A stretch of 64,000 nt of DNA from Octopus sinensis (lineage: Eukaryota). Below, in pieces: positions 1 to 11,324 of this stretch. The notes beneath the pieces were generated by a model that ran no database searches, had not been told where the DNA came from, and saw only the letters and a list, made by a program, of their open reading frames with translations. The position numbers and the translations under genes were made by a program. Position 1 is the first letter of the stretch. Every line of letters starts with the position of its first letter. The stretch is from NCBI RefSeq assembly GCF_006345805.1, contig NC_043003.1, forward strand, positions 18,166,001-18,230,000. The letters run 5' to 3'.

Positions 1-335
1 TTTCATCCTTTCGGGGTCGATAAATTAAGCACCAGTTGCGTACTGGGACTGATCTAATCGACTGGCCCCTCCCCCAAAATTTCAGGCCTTGTGCCTAAAT
101 TAGAAAAATATATCGGATGGTGTTAAGGCAGCAAGCTGGCAGAAACGTTGGGACGCCGGGTGAAATGCTTAGCAGTATTTCGTCTGTCTTTATGTTCTGA
201 GTTCAAATTCCACCGAGGTCAACTTTGCCTTGCATTCTTTCAGGGTCGATAATTTAAGTACCAGTTGCATACTGCGGTTGATCTAATCAACTGCCTCCTC
301 CCCTAAAATTTTGGGCTTTGTGCCAAGAGCAGAAA
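1..335 (+). mobile_element. Two tandem SINE family B copies (first 5'-truncated by the window edge)
   Basis: A-box-like TGGCAGAAACG and B-box GAGTTCAAATTCC, then body gtcaactttgcc..cttt..gggtcgataa.ttaagtaccag repeated throughout the window. Confidence 0.85.
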
Positions 336-913
336 TGATTTTTTTTTTCTCACTGCTGTATGTGGTATGAGTAGTAATTATACAAAGACCATTGATGAGT
401 TTGAGATAAGCACCTGGTAAGACTGCGTGTGACCCAGCTTCAATTTCCAATTAATTCTATTTCACTTCATTTATATCGTTCATACATTGATTGGAGATGG
501 TAGTGATTGTGGTGGTGGTCATGGTGGTGGTGGTGGTGGTGGTGGTCATGGTGTTAGGGAACACATATGTCATGAAATTTCATTGCCCCTCATCACCTCC
601 TTCCATATCTCCGTAAATATGAGACCTCACATTTAATATAAAAGTAATTATTAATTATAAAAGAGGTAATCGAGAATGGCAATGGCCGTCGTGAAAGCAG
701 TAATAGCAAGGATGCTAGGAAAGTGATGGGTGTGGGGTGAGAGTGGTGGTGATGGTGGCAAGAGTTACCATAATTATAATGAAGATAAATGATAATAGAT
801 TAGTGGTGGTGGTGGTGCTAGTTGGATGTTATGATAGTTATTGTGTTAACCCTTTTGATAATATATTTCTGTTGAAATATACTGGCTTTGTTTCAATTAA
901 TTTTGATATAATA

Positions 914-1325
914 GGCGTAGGAGTGGCTGTGTGGTAAGTAGCTTGCTTACCAACCACATGGTTCCGGGTTCATTGCGTGGCACTTTCTGCAAGTGTCTTC
1001 TACTATATACTCAGGCCGACCAAAGCCTTGTGAGTGGATTTGGTAGACAGAAACTGAAAGAAGCCTGTCGTATATTTGTATGTATGTATATGTATGTATG
1101 TATATATATATATGTATGTGTTTGTGTGTCGGTGTTTGTCCCCCCAACATCGCTTGACAACCGATGCTGGTGCGTTTACGTCTCCGTAACTTAGTGGTTC
1201 GGCAAAAGAGACCGATAGAATAAGTACTAGGTTTACAAAGAATAAGTCCTGGGTTCAATTTGCTCAACTAAAGGTGGTGCTCCAGCATGGCCGCAGTCAA
1301 ATTACTGAAACAAGCAAAAGAGTAA
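914..1325 (+). mobile_element. SINE family A, full length (tRNA-like head, CORE-like segment, internal AT/GT microsatellite)
   Basis: A box TGGCTGTGTGG; about 40 full or partial homologous copies in the window; tail gaaacaagcaaaagagt. Confidence 0.9.
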
Positions 1326-1480
1326 TAATAACATCGAAAAATATCTTAGGAACAAGAACCCAGGTTTGAAATTTCCCCAAGACACCTGATGAAGGCTGGA
1401 GGGTATATCAGCCAAAACATTGTGTTAACAACAAACAAGATGAGGACAAATATCCATTAAATGTAAATAATATAAATAAA
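1326..1480 (+). mobile_element. Probable Penelope-like element terminal-repeat fragment
   Basis: Contains a hammerhead-like core and is homologous to both arms of the 56966-57223 palindrome (aagacacctgaNgaagNctgga...caagatgag). Confidence 0.55.
1381..1426 (+). ncRNA. Degenerate minimal type I hammerhead ribozyme motif
   Basis: GACAC-CTGATGA-A-GGCTG-10 nt loop-CAGCC-AAAAC-ATT-GTGTT; stems I and II intact, GAAA core mutated to AAAA. Confidence 0.6.
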
Positions 1481-1484
1481 AGCC

Positions 1485-1827
1485 AGTTTCCTTGTTTCAT
1501 GACATAAACATTCCCCACCTGGACAGGATGTCGGGCCATCACATGATTACTCATTTTTGCAAGCTTAGTGAAGTGATGCATTTTGCTCAAGAACGCAATA
1601 CATCGCCCTGTCCAGGAATCGAAACGACAATCTTATGATCACAAGTCCAACAGCCTAACCACTAAACCACAAGCCTCTTTACAGATGCACATGTGCCACC
1701 CTTCAGATGTTAAAGTGATCACAGAACAACATAAAATGGAATGTTTTGCTCAAGAATATAACACGCCGCCTGGTCTGGGAATTGAAACCACAATCTTGCA
1801 ATCATGACCATGATGCCCTAACCACTT
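1485..1827 (-). mobile_element. SINE family G fragments
   Basis: Reverse complement matches the 20153 and 56040 copies (ttgagcaaaacacttcatttcac, agtggttagg). Confidence 0.75.
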
Positions 1828-2060
1828 AAAGGCGGCAAGCTGGCAGAAACGTTAGCACGCTGGGCGAAATGCTTAGCAGTATTTCATCTGTCTTTACGTT
1901 CTGAGTTCAAATTCCGCCGAGGTTGACTTTGCTTTTCATCCTTTCGGGGTCGATTAAATAAGTACCAGTTACGCACTGGGGTCGATGTAATCGACTTAAT
2001 CCCTTTGTCTGTCCTTGTTTGTCCCCTCTATGTTTAGCCCCTTGTGGCAATAAAGAAATA
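1828..2060 (+). mobile_element. SINE family B, long-tail variant
   Basis: ggcggcaagctggcagaaacgttagc ... gagttcaaattcc ... ccccttgtggcaataaagaaata. Confidence 0.9.
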
Positions 2061-2633
2061 TGATGCCCTAACCATTCGGCCACATGTCATATGTATGCTG
2101 TTTATTAACCACCTTTAGTCTCCCTTCCCCCTACTCACCTTCTCTCCCAAGAAACCATTTCCTTCTGCCCCATTCATAATTGTTTCTTTGTAACAACTTA
2201 CAGAGTTGCTAACACTTCCTTCCATTCATCAATAATCAGATAAACTAAGCTAGTGGCACCATTTCTAGCCATTCTGAGGCCGTGTTTCTTTCTTTCCTCA
2301 AATGACTATACATAAATACTTGAGAATGTTGTTGTTGTATTTGCTTTTTTGTTTCATTAATAACTCCAGGATTGGTTGATGCGTCATTTCTCAGTATTCA
2401 CTGCTACTTGTTATTGAGAATTAATTATTCACAAAACTTATAAAGTGTCAAAAGTAGTCTGTCCTTGTAATGATTAAGTAGGACTGTATCTAAAATTCAC
2501 ATGAGACCTACTTTAATTTCAATTTATAATTTTTTTCTTTTCCATTTTTTTATGCACTCACACACAGCAAATCAAAGGCCTTCCAGCTGTGACCACCCCT
2601 GTCTCATCTTTTTTTTTCCTTTTTTTTTTAGTA

Positions 2634-3105
2634 CAGGAGTGGCTGTGTGGTAAGTAGCTTGCTTACAAACCACATGGTTCCGGGTTCAGTCCCACTGCAT
2701 GGCACCTTGGGCAAGTGTCTTCTGCTATAGTCTCGGGCCGACCATAGCCTTGTGAGTGGATTTGGTAGACGGAAACTGAAAGAAGCCCGTCATATATATG
2801 TATACATGTGTCTGTGTGTGTGTGTGTGTTTGTGTGTCTGTGTTTGTGCCCCCAACATCGCTTGACAACCGATGCTGGTGTGCTTACGTCCCCGTAACTT
2901 AGCAGTTCGGCAATAGGAGACCGACAGAATAAGTACCAGGCTTACAAAGAATAAGTCCTGGGGTCGATTTGCTCGACTAAAGGCGGTGCATCCAGCCATA
3001 GAAGTCCTGCCAAAACAGATGACTGGGGCCTGGTGCAGCCCTCCAACATGCCAACCCATGTCAAACTGTACAATCCATAGAAAACGGATGATGATGATGA
3101 TGTGG
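2634..3105 (+). mobile_element. SINE A copy fused to a D-type (GAT)n tail
   Basis: Family A sequence up to ggcggtgca, then tccagccatagaa...gatgatgat. Confidence 0.8.
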
Positions 3106-3593
3106 GAAGAAGAGTGATGGTGATAGTCAGACAGTAGTGTATCAAGAAGTAAACAATTTCCGGCACTCAACAAGTTATGATTTCTCAATATAAGTAGCGG
3201 TGAATATCAATAAATGACATTTCAGACTATCCTGGAGTTGTAAAAGTGGTTTTAAATGGTCATCATTGTTTTTTTTTTCCTCTCTCTCTCTTACGTGTTC
3301 AAAAGCATGTTTCTCACGTCGTTGCTCCTATTTGTGCGGTTAAACTTCAACTCTTCACTTATCACCAGGACTTCTGGTTTATAAGTAGTTCCCTGGTCGC
3401 CGTTGTTCTACACAACTTTCTTCTCTTGTACATTCTCACAGTGACTCATCTTCCACTAGTTCTCATCCTTTCCTTGTTGCTCTCCTCTCTTGTATAAGAA
3501 GTATTCCTACTTGAGTTAGTTTCTTTCTTCAAAAATCTCTATTTTGGAATTCTTTTTCCATCTTCTTTCTCAGATAAATATGATCTTATCAAG

Positions 3594-3628
<35 letters not shown>

Positions 3629-3638
3629 AATAATTATA

Positions 3639-4218
3639 AAATGCCCTGATGCAGTACCAGGCAGTGGCTCTCATGGCTTCTGATCTTAACCGATTGGAAG
3701 TGTTATCATGTACATTGTTTTGTCTTGGTATAAAAGATGGGCTATAGCAAATATTCTGCTCAATACTGCAGATTTGCTTGTCAGTTGTTTGACCATAACC
3801 AATTGACCATGTCCCTTAGTGGCTGACGATATGTGCATCTCTGATCACGAGCAGAAGTAGTGGGGGGGCATCATAGCCATGTGTTGAAAGGAATTCTTAG
3901 AGGTGTGGATAATTCACCTTTGGAAACATGGGTGGTTCATTCAACATCCTTAAACAATCCTTATTCAGGGACCTTTTGAGTGGGATGGGCTACTTGACCA
4001 GAAGAAAATTCTACCTGGGCCCCACCTGCAAGGTCATGCGTTGTTTATCTTGATATGAGATCACCATGTCGCGCACATATGGTTGTGATGCATGTGCCTG
4101 GTGTACCTTTATCAGACGGGTAATCATGATGGGTATATTGGGCTTCGTATATTTTACCCCAGTGTCACTTTGATGGCATGCACTGCTCTCTCGCTCAATA
4201 ATAATAATAATAATAATG
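3639..4218 (+). mobile_element. ~560-bp non-coding (AAT)n-tailed retroposon, possibly a non-autonomous R4/Dong derivative
   Basis: Homologous inverted copy at 12040-12640 with the same 5' start aaatgccctgatgcagta; (AAT)n at both ends; clade assignment is inference from the target. Confidence 0.7.
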
Positions 4219-4380
4219 ATCCTTTCTACTAAAGGCACAAGGTCTGAAATTATGGGGGAGGTGGAACATAATTTATCGAACCTGAAAGGATGAAAGGCAA
4301 AATCAACCTCAGTGGTATTTGAACTCAAACCATAGCGGCAGACGAAATACCACTAAGCATTTCGCCCAGCATGCTAACGA
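4219..4380 (-). mobile_element. SINE family B
   Basis: Reverse complement of family B; shares its microsatellite tail with the preceding element. Confidence 0.8.
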
Positions 4381-4564
4381 TAATAGAATAAAAGAATACA
4401 GTTCCTATTAATGTTTAATTACAAAATATATAATAGTATTTCTTAAACATTGAATGGTTGTGAGGGTCCACCCCAGTAAATTAGAAATCAGAAGGTTACA
4501 TAGGTAAAATATGGTTGAGAAACTCTTCTTTAACCTTTTACCATTTAATCTGGCCCTATCTACC

Positions 4565-4800
4565 CTATACATTTATTTCTTTATTGCCCACAGGGGGCTA
4601 AACATAGAGGTGTCAAACAAAGACAGACAAAGGGATTGAGTCAATTACATCAACCCTAGTGCATAACTGGTACCTATTTAATCGACCCTGGAAGGATGAA
4701 AGGCAAAGTCGACCTAGGCAGAGTTTGAACTCTGAATGTAGCGGCAGACAAAATACCGCTAAGCATTTCGCCCAATGTGCTAACGATTTTGCCACTTACC
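4565..4800 (-). mobile_element. SINE family B nested in a piggyBac-like MITE remnant (about 4530-4975)
   Basis: Family B match; flanks match the MITE at 36023-36254. Confidence 0.75.
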
Positions 4801-4977
4801 TCCCTCCTAACAATTCTGCCAGCTTGCTGCCCTCATATATTCTACCAGTTTTATGTTAAAACTGACCAGATCCACCTTCTCGCACCTACCCTACAATGTC
4901 ATTCTAAAAGTATACAAAACATACTATTGAAATTTTGACGCTACAAGATAATGCATGGTTAATTCATAACAATGTGT

Positions 4978-5170
4978 TTGTGCCACATAAAAAGCACTAA
5001 TTCCACTCTGCTGAGTGGTTGGTGTTAAGAAGGGCATCCAGCTGTAAAAATCCTGCCAAAATAGTCATAAAAGTCTGGTGCAGGCTTTGGCCTGGCCGGC
5101 TCTTGTGGTACCGTCCCACCCATGCTAGCATGGAACACAGATGTTAAATAATGATGCTGATGATGATGAA
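4978..5170 (+). mobile_element. D module (RTE-type tail ending in (GAT)n)
   Basis: gtgccacataaaaagcac...agaagggcatccagctgtaaaa...cccatgctagcatgg...gatgctgatgatgat. Confidence 0.75.
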
Positions 5171-5717
5171 TATGAATAAATAAGAAATGCACTTGTCAAG
5201 GGAATTTGAATGCAAAGGGGTTTGTGTGTCAATGCATGTCAGTGAAAGTATGCAAGAAAGTGCGTACTCTCATGAAGTACACATGTATTCATCGATACGC
5301 ACATACACACACACTCTCAGAAACCTGCAGGTTGCTGACTAAATATTCTAGTAAATGTTATCTCTGTTGTAGATCAACCCATCCAGGGGCTGAGTAAAAG
5401 GGTGGGTCTGCTAAACATAAACAACCACAGCAACCCTCTATCTGTAACATGAGTAAAACAAAATTAAAAAAAAAAAAAGATTAGCAAGTTTTCTCTCCTG
5501 TAACTTTTAATGGCTATAAAGACAGCCTGGGAATAAAATGTCAGTTTATTCATACGGATAAGAGAAAGGCATCATCAGGCTTCTAAAAACTGGTGAGATG
5601 GTGGTGGAGGTTGACTGGGACGGCTGATAGGGGGAAGATTTGTGAAACACTCCTCCTCAAAGTAATAACAAATATACTCTGATTCATGATGCCTGGTACA
5701 CTAAGATAAAGTGAGAT

Positions 5718-5755
5718 CACAGGGTATGTGGATAAGTGTATGTAGCTGTGTATTT

Positions 5756-5825
<70 letters not shown>

Positions 5826-6572
5826 GTGTGTGTGTGTGTGCGCATGTATTTATGTATATATATGCATGTATGTATTAGGTGTGTATGTGTGTGTATATAT
5901 ATTAGAAAAATTATATAAATTAGAAAAAAAAACACTTTTTATCAATTCAAAATGAACAATTAAATTACACCATCTAGAAAATTACATATAATAGAAATAT
6001 TTAATTTAAAATAATAATGTACCTATGATTAAGTAAATTGCAAAATAATAATAAAAACGTATATATTTGGTAGAATATATGTTTTTTTTCTAATTTTTAT
6101 ATATATTTCATATTTTGTGAAAATTTGATTTAGTATTTCTAAATTGAATTTTTCCCTGTAAGTTAGGAATAGTATTCCCTCAAATAATTATTTTATATAT
6201 ATATTAAAATTGAGGGAAATACAAGAAGAAACTGGAGAATAAATGGATGTAATTACTGATTTATTTGCATGTTGTAGAAAGATGCCGTTTTTTTCTTTAA
6301 AAAAACATTACAAATAAATTGGAAGTTAAGAGCTTAGAATAATTAAGAAAAATAGCGTAAGAAGAACCTACATATATGTTTCTGTCAAACCAATAAGTAG
6401 ATGGGAATCTCCAAAATACATTTAATGTCAAGGAAATTAACTATATATATATATATATAACATATGTATTTATGTGTAGATATGCTTGTGTGTGTGTGTG
6501 TGTGTATAATATGCATATATGTATGTGTGTGTGTAGATGCATGTACATATATATGTGCTTGCGTGTGTGTGC

Positions 6573-6620
<48 letters not shown>

Positions 6621-6889
6621 CACATATATATATAAATTTAAAATTAAGGATAAAATCATTATAAGAAATTATCAGTAGTTAGCATGAAAAACCTCATAAG
6701 AGAAAAAATCTGTAAATTTTTCCACTTTGAAAATATTTATTTATATTATATAGAGGGTACTATTATTCATAGGTACCGCACGCTAGGAGGGACTTTTGCA
6801 GTCAAAACTACTAAAATAAACAAATTGTACCGAATGCAAAACTTCAAAGCAAGTCATTTAGAAACAGAATTTAGTTACATATCACTGTG
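5718..6889. mobile_element. Possible non-autonomous CMC/EnSpm-like DNA element
   Basis: Imperfect termini CACAGGGTATGT / ACATATCACTGTG, AT dinucleotide on both flanks, internal inverted repeat ttccctcaa...ttgagggaa. Confidence 0.35.
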
Positions 6890-7929
6890 ATTTCGCAATC
6901 AATGCAGAATATGCATTCTATGCTCTTCAGTGCAACGAACATATATATATATATATATTCATATATATATATATATATATTCATGCTTACTTTACATATG
7001 CTGGTATCACATAAAAACCTCTCAGGACACTCTGTAAAGCAGTTGGTGTTAGGAAGGGTATCCAGCCATAGAAATTATACCAAAACAGATAACAGAGCCT
7101 TTTGCAGCTCTTTTATCTTACCAGCTCTTGTCAAACCATCCCATCCATGCCAGCATAGATGACAGGTGTTAAATGATGATGGTGTATACATAAAAATTTA
7201 TATGCATATATGCATGTTTTTAAAATGTGGGGTGCACAGCGAAGTTCAACATGCTAATAAAATCATGCCCAGTAGAGGGCTCCACAATCCAATCCAATAT
7301 CCAGCCCAGTAAAACACAATGACGCATGGGTTACTAATCACAGGATCGGCTAGAGTATGGAGGACAGGCCAAATAGTATGCATAATGTCTCTACTGGTTA
7401 TGTAATTACTTCGGTATTTTGCTGAAATGTGTATATGTCCTATAAAGCTGTGAATACCACACCTGTTTTTTACTTATTATTTTTTTCTATGTATGTGTGT
7501 GTGTGTGTTTCTGTGTATATATATATGTACATATATGTGTGTGTGTGTGATTATATGTATAGTTGTATATGAGTATATATATATATTTATATATATATGT
7601 ATATGAATATATATGTATGTATATGTGTATGTATATATATATATGTATGTGTATATATGTATAAGTGTATGTATATATGTGTATATATGTAGGCATCCAT
7701 TTGTAGAAAATCTTCTTCAATGAAAATCTGTCTGACCCATGTAAATGCAGAAAAAAGTGGACATTAAATGATGACGTTGATGGCATCTGAGGAATAATGT
7801 CTTCATTGAAATTAGTTATTAACATTGTTCTTTGATTCCACCAGAAAATATGAATTTAATAGATTATACATACATACACACACACACACACAGAAAGAAG
7901 TGAGCTCAGATGTATACATCTGGAGTTTG

Positions 7930-8290
7930 AGGGGAGCAGGATAGTCTATCACATCAATCCCAGTACTTGACTGGTACTTAATTAATCGACCCCAAAAGGA
8001 TGAAAGGCAAAGTCAACCTTGGTGGAATTTGAACTTAGAACATAGTGACATGTGAAATACCACTAAGCATTTCGGCCAGTGTGCAAACAATTCTGCCACT
8101 TGCTACCTTGTGCTTGGCATTAGGAAGGGCATCCAGCTGTAGAAATAATGCCAAAGCAGACATAAAACCTCACAGAGCCCTCTAGCTTGTCTCTTCTTAT
8201 CAAACTGTCCAACCCATGCTAGCATGGCAAAAAAGGACATTAAGTAAGGATTATGATGATAATACACACACACATACACACACTTGCCTA
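7930..8290. mobile_element. SINE B (-) joined to D module (+); left arm of a local inverted duplication
   Basis: Junction ccacttgctaccttgtg recurs in reverse complement at about 9177-9193. Confidence 0.75.
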
Positions 8291-8482
8291 CACAGAGAAA
8301 CAAGTTAGCTCAGATGTATACATAAGCATAGATTTTAGCAGAAGGCATGTTAATTTTGTGAATAGCTAATGCACAGGAACTGGAAAGGTTACTACTATAT
8401 CCTCCCATTCATTCAAATTCATTATCATACCTATGTGTGACGTTGCTTGTCTGCTTGCTTGTTCCATATTCAAATCTTGTAG

Positions 8483-8547
8483 TTTCATATGCCGCCTCAA
8501 CTGCAACAGCTAAGTGCTTCTAATGGAACACCAGAATATTATTATAC
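8483..8547 (+). CDS. Candidate internal exon, FHMPPQLQQLSASNGTPEYYYT
   Basis: Acceptor caaatcttgtag, donor gtaagt at 8548, open frame, non-repetitive context; protein not recognised. Confidence 0.3.
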
Positions 8548-8952
8548 GTAAGTCACATTGACTTAAATATTTGTGAAGCTGAAGCAGTGGAAGATGATAA
8601 AAGATAACGGAGACAAACCTTCAAGTGTTATTACAGATCTCTTGTAGGTCAAGGTATACGCAATTTCAGAAAGAACATGTTTACATCCCACCAAGAATTT
8701 ACATCACAGAGTACTTCCTGGGCTTATTAGATAAGAGAACGTAATGGATTTAAGATTAAGTGTTCAAAGTATAAGCAAATTCTGAATCTTTTCGCCATAT
8801 GTTCTAGGGATATCCTTTTATTTGATCCAGTCATTGATTGTGGCCATGCTGGAGCACTGCTTTGAAGGCATTTTATGTTGTTTTCTTTTTGTCAATCAAC
8901 CAAATTGATCCTGGTGTTTATTTTAAGTCTGGTAAGTCGCAGGGACATAAAC

Positions 8953-8984
<32 letters not shown>

Positions 8985-8986
8985 GG

Positions 8987-8999
<13 letters not shown>

Positions 9000-9024
<25 letters not shown>

Positions 9025-9376
9025 ATCATCATCATCATAATCATTACTTAATATCCTTTTTTTTTATGCTAGCATGGGTTGGACAGTTTGATAAAAAGAG
9101 ACAAGCTAGAGGGCTCTGTCAGGTTTTATGTCTGCTTTGGCATTACTTCTACAGCTGGATGGCCTTCCTAATGCCAACCACAAGGTAGCAAGTGGCAGAA
9201 TCGTTAGCATGCTGGACAAAATGCTTAGCAGTATTTCACCTGTTGCTACGTTCTGAGTTCAAATTCCGCTGGGGTTGACTTTACCTTTCATCCTTTCAAG
9301 GTCGATAAATTAAGTACCAGTGAAACACTATATAATCAACTAGTCCTCTCTCCACAAATTTCAAGCTTCGTGCCTA

Positions 9377-9410
<34 letters not shown>

Positions 9411-9817
9411 GTTATTATTATTATTATTAAGGTGGTGAGCTGGCAGGATTATTAGCAAGCTGGGCAAAATGCTTAGCAGCATCTTGTCCATCTTTATGTT
9501 CTGAGTTCAAATTCTGCCAAGGTCAACATTGAATTTCATCCTTTTGGGGTTGATGAAATAAGTACCAGTTATGCACTGGGGTGTTATAATCGACTAGTCC
9601 CCTCCCCCAAAATTCTTGGCTTATAGTAGAAAGGATTTCTTTAATCGACCCCGAAAGGCAAAGTCGACCTCGGTAGAATTTGAGGTCGATTCATCCTTTC
9701 GGGGTAGATTAAATAAATACCAGTTATGCACTGAGGTTGATCTAATCGACTTAATCTCTTTGTCTGTCCTTGTTTGTCCCCTCTATGTTTAACCCCTTGT
9801 GGGCAATTAAGAAATAA

Positions 9818-9855
<38 letters not shown>

Positions 9856-10085
9856 TATTACTATTATCAACAGCAGCAAGGCAGCACGCTGGCAGAATCA
9901 ATTAGCATGCTGGACGAAATGCTTAGCAGTATTTTGCTGTTGTTACATTCTGAGTTCAAGTTCCGCTAAGGTCGACTTTGCTTTTCATCCTTTTGGGGTC
10001 AGTAAAATAAGTACCAGTTGCGCACTGGGGATCGATGCAATCACCTCATCCCCACCTCCCCCAAGCTGCCCTTGTGTCAAAAATT
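9000..10085. mobile_element. D module (-) followed by a chain of about four SINE B copies separated by (ATT)n
   Basis: Family B heads at about 9180, 9430 and 9880, plus a 5'-inverted copy at 9641-9810. Confidence 0.85.
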
Positions 10086-10932
10086 TGAAATAATTATTGT
10101 CAGCAGCACCAGTAGGAGCTTCTATGAGTGAAAAAGTGTAGTATAGGATAAGATTTTGAATGAGTCGAATTAGGGTGTGTAACAGGGTAGAAATGGGGGC
10201 CAGTAAAAGCAAGAAATATAAGCACTTTGTAGACAATATGTTCTAGAGACATGCAGTTCTGAGAATGAAAGGTTATGTGTACTATTGATTGTGGTCTCTA
10301 GAAAGGAAGAAAGTGGGAGGAAGGAGGAATAATGGCAGAGGTAAGTGAATGAAAAGGCAAGAAACAAGGACAAGGGTGAGGGTAGGTGGATGGATGCTGT
10401 TTCAGCTTCTTCAAAAGAAGGAAAAATTGTAGTTTGACTAGAAACAAGCATTGAAGTGAGGCATGACAGTGATAGACTATGAGTTGGGGTCTGCTTTGTC
10501 TTGGGAATTCTTTCATTTAAATGTTTATTTATTTTACTTGTTTCAGTCGTTAGACTGCAGCCCATGCTGGGGCACCACTTTGATGTGTTTAGTTGAACAA
10601 ATCGCCTGCCAAATACTTAGTTTTTTTTTTTAAATCTTGTAGTCTCTTTTGCTAAACAGCTAAATTACAAGTGATGTAAATGTGTGTGTGTGTATGTGTC
10701 TTTGTGTTTGTCCTCCCATCACTGCTTGACAACCAGAGTTGGTGTGTTTATGTCCCCATTTCTCTGGCCATATATTTGGAAATTTTTTTTCTTTTGTTCT
10801 TTCTTCCCTGTCTTGAAGTTGGACACTTATAATTCATTTGATACATCGATGCATTGTCCCATCTTGCTTCTTTAGATGGCTTGTATTTGTAGTTACGCTT
10901 GATGCCAGCATGTTAATAGCCATCAATAGGTA

Positions 10933-11324
10933 TACTCTTTTACTTGTTTCAGTCATTTGACTGTGGCCATGCTAGAGCACCGCCTTTAGTCGACCAAATT
11001 GACCCCAGCACTTATTCTTTGTAAGCCTAGTACTTATTCTATCAGACTCTTTTGCTGAACTGCTAAGTTACAGGGACATAAACACACCAGCATCAGTTGT
11101 CAAGCGATGTTGGGGAGACAGACACACATACATATATATATATATATATACACACTATATACACATACATATATATGACAGGCTTCTTTCAGTTTTTGTA
11201 TACCAAATCCACTCAGCCCGAAGCTATAGTAGAAGACACTTGCCCAAGGTGCCACACAGTGGGACTGAACCCGGAACCATGTGGTTGGTAAGCAAGCTAC
11301 TTACCACACAGCCACTCCTACGCC
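10933..11324 (-). mobile_element. SINE family A, full length
   Basis: Reverse complement of 914-1325. Confidence 0.9.

Noticed and set aside
7787-7820. CTGAGGA...AATG-TCTT-CATT-GAAA hammerhead-like string
   Set aside because: It needs two extra nucleotides before stem II and stem I does not abut the core; likely chance.
10876-10929. Possible exon in phase with 8483-8547 (WLVFVVTLDASMLIAINR)
   Set aside because: The weak donor gtatac overlaps a SINE tail; the resemblance to channel or GPCR helices is too vague.
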